From the NCBI GenBank assembly GCA_951406725.2, contig OX597821.1, positions 94,860,001 through 94,924,000 on the forward strand: a stretch of DNA of 64,000 nucleotides. The letters run 5' to 3'. The stretch comes from Octopus vulgaris (Eukaryota). The notes beneath the pieces were generated by a model, which did no database searches, was not told where the DNA came from, and was given only the letters and a program-made list of their open reading frames with translations. Below, in pieces: positions 13,617-25,213 of this stretch (position 1 is the stretch's first letter; every line of letters starts with the position of its first letter). Position numbers and translations under genes: made by a program.

Positions 13617-13905
13617 AGAGGCGCAATGGCCCAGTGGTTAGGGCAGCGGACTCGAGGTCGGAGGATCGCGGTTTCGATTCCCAGACCGGGCGTTGTGTGT
13701 GTTTATTGATCGAAAACACCTAAAGCTCCACGAGGTTCCGCCAGGGGGAGTGACGACCCCTGTTGTACTCTTTCGCCCCAGCTTTCTCTCAATCTTTCTT
13801 CCTGTTTCTTGAGTAACGCTGCGATGGACTGACTGGCGTCCCATTCAGCTGGAGAGAACGCATGCCCCACAGAAACCGGGAAACCGGGCCCATAAATAAA
13901 AATAA
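13617..13905 (+). mobile_element. SINE family C, tail type 2
   Basis: Same head as 12624; different 3' part; 12-bp TSD ATGTGATCAAGC. Confidence 0.92.
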
Positions 13906-14820
13906 ATGTGATCAAGCCACTACCTGTAGCCGGAAATGATGACTGAAAGTGTGGGCATTGTGGGAAGCGATGGTGTTGTTGCAGCTGTTGTAATGTTTAT
14001 ATGTATGCTGTGATGATGGCGACAATGGCGTTGTTGTGGTTACACTTGTTATGCCTGTGATGGTGCAGTTAGTGGTGCTGTTGTTGTTGTTATAGTGATT
14101 CATTGTAATTGTAATAATGATGGCAATGGTGTTGTTGTTATTATTATTGCCGTTTCTGTAGTTTGCTGTGATGGTGGTTCATGTCACTCCTTAATGAAAC
14201 TTTTCCCAATGAATGGGGAACCGCAATCGATACTGAACCTCATCATTTCCTTCCTCGTCTTCAACACATTTCATGGATTTCTATAATGCATATAATCACA
14301 ATAATTACGCGGTCATGGCCGGGTGGGGGGTCACCCCCTGACTCTACATAAACACATCCGCACACTGATGCAACAAATGTACAATGCCTCATATGCAAAC
14401 ACTAAACAATACCCAACATCTGTTTGTTTTTTAGGCAGTTCACCATCTATGGCCGCCTTGGCAAGCCTGTTGCGACGTCGCTATATATTTTTGCTAGCTG
14501 AGTGACGTAGAGCAACGTGAAATGAAGTGTTTTGCTCAAGAACACATCGCATCGCCCGATCCAGGTATCGAAACGACAACCTTAAGATCACGAGTTCAAC
14601 AACCCTAAACACTAAGCTACACGCTTCAACGCAGTCACACATCTGAAGTAAGATACTAATACAACCCAATGCATTCACAAACACACACAATCTCCATGTA
14701 TATTCTTGCAATACATTCTCTTATATATGTGCGGTTATGTAAATGCATATACGCAAGCAAACGCAGGAGTGTGCCTCACAGACACGCACATACATACATA
14801 AAGCCAGACTGTCTTACCTT

Positions 14821-14885
<65 letters not shown>

Positions 14886-14886
14886 A

Positions 14887-15088
14887 CGGGAAAGTTTACG
14901 AAAATAAACAAAAGACGAAGGCAGGTGAAGTACAAAGAAACAAATGTATTAGTATAGCGCTCAGGAATAGAAATAGAACAAGTCTTTTACGTTTCGAGCC
15001 TACGCTCTTCGACAGAAAGATACACAGAAAAAAACAAGGAGAGATACAAGGAGAGAAAAAAATGAGTGTAGGAGCTAACGATCTATCA
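14887..15088 (-). mobile_element. About 200-bp Penelope-pLTR-like mini-element carrying a minimal hammerhead (copy 1 of 3)
   Basis: Homologous to 41736-41921 and 53373-53570; 3' end abuts (TA)n. Confidence 0.8.
14983..15020 (-). ncRNA. Minimal type I hammerhead motif, variant core CUGUCGA
   Basis: UCUUU-CUGUCGA-A-GAGC(GUAG)GCUC-GAAA-CG-UA/AAAGA: stems I and II pair, palindromic ACGU stem III. Confidence 0.7.
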
Positions 15089-15499
15089 TACATACGTACG
15101 TACGTGCATTTATGCGTGCATATACACGTGCGTATATACATTTAGATATGTATTCATACCTACACACATATGCGCACATACATGCATTGCCGAAGCAACC
15201 ACACGGCATACTTGCATGCAAACACAAATGAACTAGTAAACTTTAAATGACATACTCACACACACACACACAAACACACATACACACATACACATACATG
15301 CACACACATCCAAACGCTCACAAGCACACACACACACCCTCACACGCATGTAGTAATGCACTGTCAATCTCGGCTCACCTACATATGAGAGAGTAAATGT
15401 GTTGCTATCCCACGCTGTATGATTCACTCTGGCTTTTAAGTCTGTACGAGTGTGTACCCGTTCTTCCTTCGCCCGGCAGCAGTTGCCGTCCTTGTTGCT

Positions 15500-15526
15500 C
15501 ATGATGATGACGACGACGACGACGAC

Positions 15527-15573
<47 letters not shown>

Positions 15574-15677
15574 CGATGACTTAAAAAATAGAATAGTTTG
15601 AACGAAATTCCATTGGTTATAAGTAAATATAAAATAGGTTAATATCAAGTGCACATCTAACTTGTGCTTCCAAATTG

Positions 15678-15720
<43 letters not shown>

Positions 15721-15761
15721 CACCACCACCACCACCACCACCACCACCACCACCACCACCA

Positions 15762-15795
<34 letters not shown>
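15500..15795. repeat. (GAT)n, (CTA)n, (CCA)n, (CTG)n microsatellites
   Basis: Directly visible. Confidence 0.95.
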
Positions 15796-15864
15796 CGCTT
15801 ACTAATTGTAATAAGGATTTCTTTATTACCCTCCAGGGCTCACACAAAAACGAGGACAATGTTA

Positions 15865-17800
15865 TAGAAAGTAGAGACGCGTTTTATGTGTAAACAAAAT
15901 GTAAACAAAAACAAACATGGTAAGAATAAAATTTTTACGAAGAAAAATTCCCCAATAACTGGGAGACCACCGAGGGCTTTTTCGTAGAAACCCCCACAAA
16001 AGCCACTGTCACTCTGACCTCGAAGGTAAGTGCCCTCTCTCTGTCGTCCTTCTCCAATCTACAGGTACATGCTCAGAGCAGTCCTGTTCATTCAGACCAT
16101 GCTCGGTATTCTCAGCCACTTTTCAAAAAATTTGTTGTGAGGCAGCACTTCCCTATCCACACTCATTTTCCTTTTCAAGTGAAACATTAGGTATAAATAT
16201 TTAAAATTTGATGAGGGCTAAGCCAAGGAGGACAACGTCTGCCTCCGATTACCCTTCAATCTCGTCTACTATACGTCCACTTTTGCCAAAGTCAGCACAG
16301 ATATTGACTGCCTGTTCTTCCCGGTCAAAAGAAGAACAGTCTTCGCCATGGACTCGACTGATACCAAGATCTGTTTTACATGTGACGGCAGATTTTAGAT
16401 GTAACTTCATCAGACAGCAATATAAAAATATTGGATGAAAGCATGCAGAGAGGATTCGTCGCTTTGTCATCTCGAAGGGACCCTGCTGATAGCACTTCTG
16501 CGTGTAGAGTTTATCACGGAGTGACTATGCCCATTAGTGACACTGCCTTGCCAAGGGTTTCTAGAAATTGCTAATAATCTGCCCTGAAAGTTCTTTCAGT
16601 GGACTTTCATCGACTTTTCTCCACCACTATTTCTCTACAGAATTCCAATGTAGGATTTCCAGCATTCGCATAGCCCGATTATTAAATGGATGTGAGTACG
16701 TAATGACTTTCCAGATATAATGTGTCCTGTCTCAGCCTTCGGCTAACTCAGGATTGTAGCTCTGTCAAAGAGACGAGCTAGAGGAAAGCTAGTTTGACAA
16801 ACGGCAAACTCGCTGGAGCCAAAGAATCGCTGGATATTCTTTAGCGTAACCTCAGTGCATATCTGCGCATCACGAGCCACGGCATGCTCAGACTCCTATG
16901 TAGCAAGAATTGTCTGCTCAATGGAATGGGTCCCTTTCACAAGAATTGAAACAGCAGACACTCCAGTCTGATCATAGACCGCATAAAGTTTGACAGTCAG
17001 ATGGTAATAGGTGACAGTTATAATGTAGGCGTTCGCTACACTAACTTTTCCTCTTAGCTCATCACCTCGTCAGAGTTCTTGCCCACCAAGCCGGTCTTTC
17101 AAGTCTTTGGTAACATCTTAAAATATGTGTTTAGCAGAACTATGAATCAGAAATCGTTAATGTGACTTCCCTTGTTCGGGAATTTTCTCTGAATTGCTCC
17201 ACGACCCAACGAACCAAGAATATTATGGTTCTGCTGTTAGTTGGGAGACTCATATGCCAAGAGGTCACAAAACAAGTTTGGTTATAAAAACAAAGTTCGT
17301 AGAGTAGATTATCCAAACCAGGCGATTTTCCCCTCATCTTTCTATATTTGCGTAGCTGATATCGGAGTTTCACAATACTCCGCCTCCATTGCCATGGCCC
17401 ATAATATGCGTCGAGATGGGCATTGAGGTCTATCTTGCGATACGACCCAGCACGAACTCCGAACACTCGGGCAAAAATCCGCCCACATTTGTTTTGAATT
17501 GAGTAGTGCGCCTATCCTGGTCCATTAGAGACCGAATGAAACAAGAGCCAATCTCTCCTCAAGTACGTCGTCACAGTGCATTTCCTAAACGCCTCAGTTT
17601 GTAACTAGTTCTCCCTCTAACTTTTTTCTCAATCGCTACTTCCCTACAAGACCTCGATTCTACTCTAATCGCCCTTTTTAGGGCGAGCCTTCATTTGTTG
17701 CCGACTGTTACCCTTGTCAACACTCGTTTAACTAATTCTCTACTCAGGTCTCCGTAAGCTTAGGGTGAAGGCAACGACCTGTTTGATTTCCAGTTACCAG
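15865..17800 (-). mobile_element. Heavily decayed L1/Tx1-clade LINE ORF2 remnant
   Basis: GKSPGLDNLLYEL (cf. GKSPGxDGLPxEFY) followed by INDF*FIVLLNTYFKML (cf. NFRPITLLNTDxKIL); many stops and frameshifts; ends approximate. Confidence 0.7.
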
Positions 17801-18054
17801 GGTCTGCCTATGATGTTGAGCTCAACATCATTTCACAAATTATTGATCCGTAGATATTGAACGAACAAAAGGAGAGCACAATTGTCACTTTCCCTACTTT
17901 TCGGGTATGTCAGACTGACGACATTACCCTACCCCCAGAATTTATTTCCAACTGATAATAATCCAAGGTAGCAGCACTGTGAGATCAAGAAGCTGATGCA
18001 AGACGGCTTCGGTATCGTTTGAGTTTATTGTGAAGATTGCACCTCAGCTTTCTT

Positions 18055-18209
18055 AGGAGTGGTTGTGTGGTAATTAGCTTGCTTATGAACCACATGGTTC
18101 CGGGTTCAGTCCCACTGCGTGGCACCTTGGGCAAGTGTCTTCTTCTATAGCTTCGGGCCGACCAAAGCCTTGTGAGTGGATTTGGTAGACGGAAACTGAA
18201 AGAAACCCG

Positions 18210-18255
<46 letters not shown>

Positions 18256-18475
18256 GTGTGTATATATTTGTGTGTCTTTGTTTGTCCCTCCAATATCGCT
18301 TGACAATCGATGCTGGTGCGTTTACGTTCCCGTAACTTAGCGGTTCGGTAAAAGAGATCGATAGAATAAGTACTAGGCTTACAAAGAACAATTCCTGAGG
18401 TCGATTTGCTCGACTAAAGTCGGTGCTCCAGCATGGCCACAGTCAAATGACTGAAACAAGTAAGTAAAGAGTAAT
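18055..18475 (+). mobile_element. SINE family A
   Basis: Homology to 5204-5666. Confidence 0.92.
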
Positions 18476-18811
18476 GAGTAATTATGAGAAAATAGGTAGA
18501 TGCTTGAAAGAGCTGAGGACAGAATTTTTCATTGTCACCGGAAACCTCATAAACTACGTCAAGTACCACTTAGCACAAACTATCACAAGTGGCTTAGGTG
18601 AGTGGACCGACCCTTTAATTTCGATTAAGGGTCGTGCTAAAAATCCCCTGATGATGGTTTCTTAGTTCCATGATCTTTCCCGAGTTGCAATCCTATAGTT
18701 TTGGAGACTGTAATTATTTTAAATTAATTGTATGTGTGTGTTTAAGTGAATGTATGTAAACAAACATGCATACATACATACATACATACATACATACATA
18801 CATACATACAT

Positions 18812-18866
<55 letters not shown>

Positions 18867-18989
18867 TGCATGCATGCATACGTACATGCATGTAGACATA
18901 TCTAAACATAACACTTTGAGTGCTATGCGTTTGAAATCCAGGTACAGGAGATTGCTAAAGAGTACCCGGAGAACAAGAGAGACGCTCTT

Positions 18990-19707
18990 GTAATCCCAAG
19001 GTGCAACCGCATGTGTAGCCTATGTCATGTTTCAGTGGAAGACATCATGCATGTGAGTAGCAGCTATCCTAAAATTCCGTCATGGTACTACCTTCCGATG
19101 CGGCACGATTTTGTTGCAAAAACAATTTAGAATGCCAACCGCAAACAAGATTGTCCTGAAATAAACTTAGAAAATCCCTCTATTATGGAAAACATTCATA
19201 AACACCAACTCAAGGAATACTGGTAGACTAGTTCCATCAAATCTTCTGTCAAATGTAAACATTACAGACCGGATATTGTTGTTTGGGTACAGAGGGGCAA
19301 AGGTATGTACTGTCATAGAGGTCAGCTGCCCTGCAGATATAAATATCTCTGAAAATCAAAGAAAAACAGAATATCTATGAACAGCTGCATCGAAACCTTC
19401 AGCTGCTATATCCAGATTATGAATTCATATTCATACCAATAATAATTGGGGCACTAGGTTTTGTTAGTAAATACTTAAAGGAGAATCTGGATAAACTGGG
19501 ATTTTCAGAAAGAGAAATCGACCGGCTAATTCGTACATTACAAGTGCAATCTGTGAGTGGAACAGTAAAAATATGCAAGACTTTCTTCAAGTTCTAAATG
19601 TGAATTTGTCTGTGTTAACTACATCCCAAAGATGTAGCCTTGTACTTTTTTTGGAAACTGACTTCTTCCTTAGTGGAAGATTTATAATAATTAAAAAATA
19701 GAAGAGC
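18990..19707 (+). mobile_element. 5'-truncated R4/Dong-clade non-LTR retrotransposon (decayed CCHC knuckle and RLE domain) between (CATA)n tracts
   Basis: YYLPMRHDFVAK...KHYRPDIVVW...VIEVSCPADIN...FIPIIIGALG...QSVSGTVKICKTF; RHD and PD..E motifs of restriction-like endonucleases; stops and frameshifts. Confidence 0.85.
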
Positions 19708-21115
19708 CATACATACATACATACATACATACATACATACATACATACATACATACATACATACATACATACATGCATGCATGCATGCATAGATACATAT
19801 ATACATACATACATACATGCATGCATACATACATACAAACATACATACATACATACATACATACATACATACATACATGTGTGTGTATACCTGAATGTAT
19901 ACATACAAGCATACATATATACAAACACAGACATACATATATACACATATGCATATATATGTTCCGATATATGTGTGCAGGAGTTTGATTACATTATGTA
20001 CATGCATGAATAATTTTTTTAATTTAGTTTGAACATTGGAATTATGTCATTTAAACTTCGATGATTTTCGTAGATGGGTAAATGTTTTGTCTCCGCTCTG
20101 TATTGAAATATTTTGCATTAATGTTACCTTGTAGCAACATCATTACAAACATCATTATAGCATATTTTACATGCACGGCCATAATTTAATCACGAGCGGG
20201 AATGATTTCAAACAACCAATTCGAACGACTTTGAAGCGAAATCTATCTCCTTGCATTGTCTTTCTCATGATATTTTTTTATCGTTCTTCTTCTCCTTCGT
20301 TCTTTTTCTACGTTTTTTTTTTCATTTCTTTTCATTTGTATCAGCGTTTTATTTAAGAATCCGTTAACAATTGTTTATATACAATAGAACTACCCTACTT
20401 AACAAAATGCTAACAATGTTTGTTTTTGTTTGAGAAAAATTCAAATGTTTCCGAACGACACCCATACATAATGTTTACTAATGTTTCTAGTGTCTTTGTC
20501 TATCTTTTTTGACTAATGAAACATCAAAGTCTATTCTTTAACTACTAAAGATTAATTGGAACAGATTTCATTCAGTCCCAGCCGATGTTATCAGACATAT
20601 TGTGATGATAATTGACTTATTTCTAACTTTTAGTTTCTCACATTAACACATAGACAAATGGGTTGGGCGTAAAACGTACAACCATCTGGATCGACACCTG
20701 TATATTACTGTTACTCTGTTTTATCGAGTAATAAATGTAAGTCAAGGTGAGTTCATCGCCCATCAGAATTAAATTCAGAAACTGAAGATATTAATGTCCG
20801 TTTCAAGCTGTATTATAGATCTTAGAAGGTTCCATTAGCACATCAGTTGTATTTATGAGATTTGGTTGCTTGCTCTTTCTCTCCTCGCTCACTTCTTTCC
20901 TAACGCTGTTATTTGATCCACTACAGCCCTCCCACAGTGCAATAGAGTCCATTTCGTCAGACAAAGAAGACTCTCGCCTGTGCTTGGCTGACATTTTATC
21001 GATCGACTTCGAAAGAAAAAAACGCAAAGTGGACATTAGCTCACAGAGTGTAGAATGCCACAGCATATACTGCAACACAGTAACGACTCTATTAATTCGC
21101 CATCTTACAGTTTCT

Positions 21116-21348
21116 TATTTCTTTGTTGCCCACAAGGGGCTAAACATAGAGGGGACAAACAAGGACAGACAAACGGATTAAGTCGATTAGATCGACCCCA
21201 GTGCGTAACTGGTACTTAATTTATCGACCCCGAAAGGATGAAAGGCAAAGTTGACCTCGGCGGAATTTGAACTCACAACGTAAAGGCAGACGAAATACCG
21301 CCAAGCATTTCGCCCGGTGTGCTAACGTTTCTGCCAACTCGCCGCCTT
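21116..21348 (-). mobile_element. SINE family B with 14-bp TSD and 30-nt 5' filler
   Basis: TSD ATCTTACAGTTTCT at 21102-21115 and 21379-21392. Confidence 0.92.
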
Positions 21349-21922
21349 TCTAGGTTTTGTTAGTAAATACTAGGTTAGATCTTACAGTTTCTGTCATACT
21401 TCAGTCTTTTTTCTTCCTGTTGCCTTATTTTTAAAAGTAAATAACGCATTATTACTTCAGAACACACACGACATAATTTATCGCTATTTATCCCCGGTAA
21501 TTATTTCTATCGACTTTGGAGGCAATATGAGTGGTAAAAGCAAATTCTGGTAAAATTTCACCCCGAACATAAATATACGTGACTAAATATAAGAGACGTA
21601 TTGAAAATAAGAATGCACACTAGATCGTAAATAAATACTAGAAGGTCTTTAATCTGCTGATCTATCGTTTACATCACTCTACCAATCAGGTGATAATAAT
21701 CTTTCTAAAACATGTAGAAAGCCACATCTTTTGCAAAAGATACATACTTCTATTTCTACCACTTCATCCACCTATCTCTGCCCACAATTCTGGGAGGTTC
21801 ATGTGAACATCCGCCATAGGGTTCTATCAGATGTAGCCGTGATTAGACTTTCCGGTTGAATTCCCAAGCGTGATCAACTGAGATTATGGATATTATCCGA
21901 CCATCTTATTCTTGGTCTACTT

Positions 21923-22461
21923 CTAGAAACTGCAGTCCGTGCGTATCACTTAGGTTGACGAGAGAAGGATGACCTCCCTTTGCAAATACTTTAGGGCACA
22001 GAAAGTGTGCCTAAAGCCAGCTGGAGGAGAGGTTCTCCTAGGGCTACAAGCTACAGTAACACCCACCTTTAGTGGTTAGCCATATTGAGATGGCAAGTAT
22101 ACCTAACATTGTCGTGCAGTTACTGTTTATACCTCGTTCAGAGATTTATTATTGCTTGTATATAGTTTTTCGAGATCAGTGACGAAAAGTTACTGGAAAA
22201 ATTATAAAAGTATTTGCATTGGAACCCCTTTCATCGAAAACCAGTGATTGTCGTACGCTGATGACAGGTCAATACCTAGAAACTGCAGTCCGTGCGTATC
22301 ACTTAGGTTGACGAGGGATGGATGACCTCCCTTTGCAAATACCTTAGAGCACAGAAAGTGTGCCTAAAGCCAGCTGGAGACGATGTTCTCCTGGGGCTAC
22401 AAGCTACAGTAACACCCACCCTTAGTGGTTAGCCATATTGAATGGCAAATATACCTCACAT
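21923..22461 (+). mobile_element. Retrozyme-like non-coding retroelement: about 1.5 tandem copies of a 353-nt unit delimited by hammerhead ribozymes
   Basis: Direct repeat 21923-22108 / 22276-22461 (period 353); CTAGAAACTGCAGTCCGTGCG at both unit starts; no ORF. Confidence 0.85.
22243..22303 (+). ncRNA. Type I hammerhead ribozyme, canonical core, predicted cleavage after GUC at 22290
   Basis: Stem I CGUACG/CGUGCG plus distal AGUGAU/AUCACU; CUGAUGA 22258-64; stem II AGGU(CAAU)ACCU; GAAA 22279-82; palindromic stem III ACUGCAGU. Confidence 0.9.
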
Positions 22462-22819
22462 ATTTGGTTATTATTCTACCATAAATGCCCAAGGACATTA
22501 TTTGTTCATATGAGACTTCTATTCATGTTTTCAACAGTTTAATTTTCAATATTTCCTAAAAGATCCATTAAGTTCAAAATATTTCAGTTTTTTTATGTCT
22601 ATATATCTGATAACTGAAACGATAGAAATTCAATGGAATTGTATAAAATATATCTGGCTTTTCAGAATAACTTTATTTTTTCCTAGGTGAAATATTTTAT
22701 TTCCATATTACCGCCCATAGTCCCTTATTACAGGCGGGCGGTTATTTAAGCCAAAAAAATAGTTTTTAAAATAGAATTTTCCGTTTAACAGTCCTGGGCG
22801 GATTTTCGGAAAACCCCGG

Positions 22820-22990
22820 TAAGTCGATTACATAGACCTCAGTGCTCAACAGGTAATAACTTTATCGACCGCGAAAGGATGAAAGGCAAAGTCGACCTCG
22901 ACGGAATTTGAAATCAGAATGTAAAAGACGGACGAAATGCCGCAAAGCGTTTTGCCCGGCGCGGTAACGATTCTGCCAGCTCGCCGCCTT
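22820..22990 (-). mobile_element. SINE family B
   Basis: Nin/Deu core and head. Confidence 0.88.
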
Positions 22991-23400
22991 ACTTTATTTT
23001 CGAAATATGAATGAAATATTTTACACAGCAGCAGTTTTACAATCAGCCTATCCACTGTGAGAAACCCTGCTCCATTTAGTCGCCATTCTCCATTTTAGTG
23101 CGAGTTTTAGTAAAAGAAGAAACCTCAACGCGGTTAAGCATAGCGCTAGCAATAAGCGATAAATCTCCCTCAACTAACGCATCTAGATTTCATAAAAAGG
23201 GATACGTTTACAATTTACTCTTAGATAAAGTATGCCAAAATAGAAAGTATTGGCCATGACTAAAACACTTTGATCAAATTATGGGAAAGGTCTAACCGAA
23301 ACATAAGCAAGTGTACTGTAATCAAGTTGTTTATAGTGACAAAATATTCATAGATTCAACAGCTAGGTGGACATATTTTCCCTGCACACATTTATATACA

Positions 23401-23509
<109 letters not shown>

Positions 23510-23845
23510 GTATGTATGTAAGGTTCAAATGAAACAGAGAAGAACGGACACTGAAATAATTATTATAAAGCTTTATAATAAAACTGAAATATCCATAAAT
23601 CCAACCAATTTCATGACTTTGTAATTAACATTAACGATGTTATAATTTAATAGTTTCATAACTATGCGTTTTTGATGAAGTTACAATTTCCAAAACAGAT
23701 GTTATTGACAGTGACATGAGAGATAAATGAGATATCAAACGGTTTTGAATTAATACTAGTGGATGCAAATTAATTAAATGATTAATTATGTATATTCAAG
23801 CGTGATCGATAGTTTTCAATAAGCGTCGTATATTCGTTATATTGC

Positions 23846-24280
23846 CGTCAAATTTTAGCACAAAGCCAGCAATTTCAGGGGTGGCATAAGTCGATTACAT
23901 CGACCCCAGTATTTTCAATTGTTACATATTTTATCAACCCCGCAGGATGAAAGGCAAAGTCGCCCTCGGCAGAATTTGAACTCAGAGTATAAAGATGGAC
24001 GAAATACCGCTAAGCATTTTATCCGACATGCTAACGATTTCACCAGCTCATCAGCTCTTTATAGTATACTCTTACTTAAGCTGGGGGAATCGTTAGCGCG
24101 TAGCACAAAACAAAGAGAAATGCTTAGCGGCATTTCTTTTGTCTTTAAGTTCTGAGTTCAAAGTCTGCTGCGCCTGACTTTACTTTTCGTCCTTCTGGGA
24201 TCGATAAAATAGGAACCAGTTCAGCACTGAACTTGCCCACACTTGAAAATTGCTGGCCTTATACCAAAATAAGAAAGGAT
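23846..24280. mobile_element. Two older family B SINEs, head-to-head
   Basis: Degenerate Nin/Deu cores on opposite strands. Confidence 0.8.
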
Positions 24281-24291
24281 ATTACCCTCTT

Positions 24292-24708
24292 AAGGCGGCG
24301 AGCTGGCAGAAACGTTAGCACGCCGGGCGAAATGCTTAGCGGTATTGCGTCTGTCGTTGCATTCTGAGTTCAAATTCCGCCGAGGTCGACTTAGCCTTTC
24401 ATCCTTTCGGTGTCGATAAATTAAGTACCAGTTACGCACTGGGGTCGATGTAATCGACTAAATACCTATGTCTGTCCTTGTTTGTCCCCTCCGTGTTTAG
24501 CCCCTTGTGGGTAATAAAGAAATAGGTATTGCGTCTGTCGTTGCGTTCTGAGTTCAAATTCCGCCGAGGTCGACTTTGCCTTTCATCCTTTCGGGGTCGA
24601 TAAATTAAGTACCAGTTACGCAATGGGGTTGATGTAATCGACTTAATCCGTTTGTCTGTCCTTGTTTGTCCCCTCTATGTTTAGCCCCTTGTGGGCAATA
24701 AAGAAACA
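24292..24708 (+). mobile_element. SINE family B partial tandem (one full plus one 5'-truncated unit) within a single TSD
   Basis: 14-bp TSD GATATTACCCTCTT at 24278-24291 and 24709-24722; second unit starts near 24526. Confidence 0.9.
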
Positions 24709-24884
24709 GATATTACCCTCTTGTGTCCAATCACTGCACTGAAATAAAGTAAAGAATATTTCAGTTTAGTTGAGCATTACTGGTATATGTATTTATCGTC
24801 CATTAAGTTATTTGTCTGTAGCTGAGCAATTGTGTTCACTCTCCATGCAGTATCATTCAGGAAAATTTACCCTATATATATATA

Positions 24885-25213
24885 AAGACTCCCTTCGGTC
24901 ATGAATGACCGTGGGATTACACCTAGAAAGTTCCTCTCCGAGGCACAAGTCTGGGTAAAGTTGTTTATGGATAAGCAGCAGTTGCTCATGCTTATAATCT
25001 CCCCTCTCCATGCCACAGATGTTATTCAAGAGAAAGGCAAAGGCTAATACAGCTTGGCACCTGTGACGTCGCAACCCATTTCTACAGCTGAGTGAACTGG
25101 AGCAACGTGAAATAAGGTGTCTTGTTCAAGAGCACAATACACAGCCCGGACCGGGAATCGAACTCATGACTGCCTCATGATTGTGAGCCCGACGCTCTAA
25201 CCACTGAGCCATA
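24885..25213 (-). mobile_element. tRNA-derived SINE with putative LINE-derived tail
   Basis: Minus-strand head ATGGCTCAGTGGTTAGAGCG...GAGTTCGATTCCC; CTTGAACAAGACAC core. Confidence 0.82.

Noticed and set aside
18648-18675. CTGATGA followed by a TGG/CCA hairpin
   Set aside because: No GAAA box or UH site follows
21923-22461. Direct repeats read as LTRs or a CRISPR-like array
   Set aside because: No TG..CA ends, primer-binding site or polypurine tract; long eukaryotic tandem unit with no spacers or cas genes
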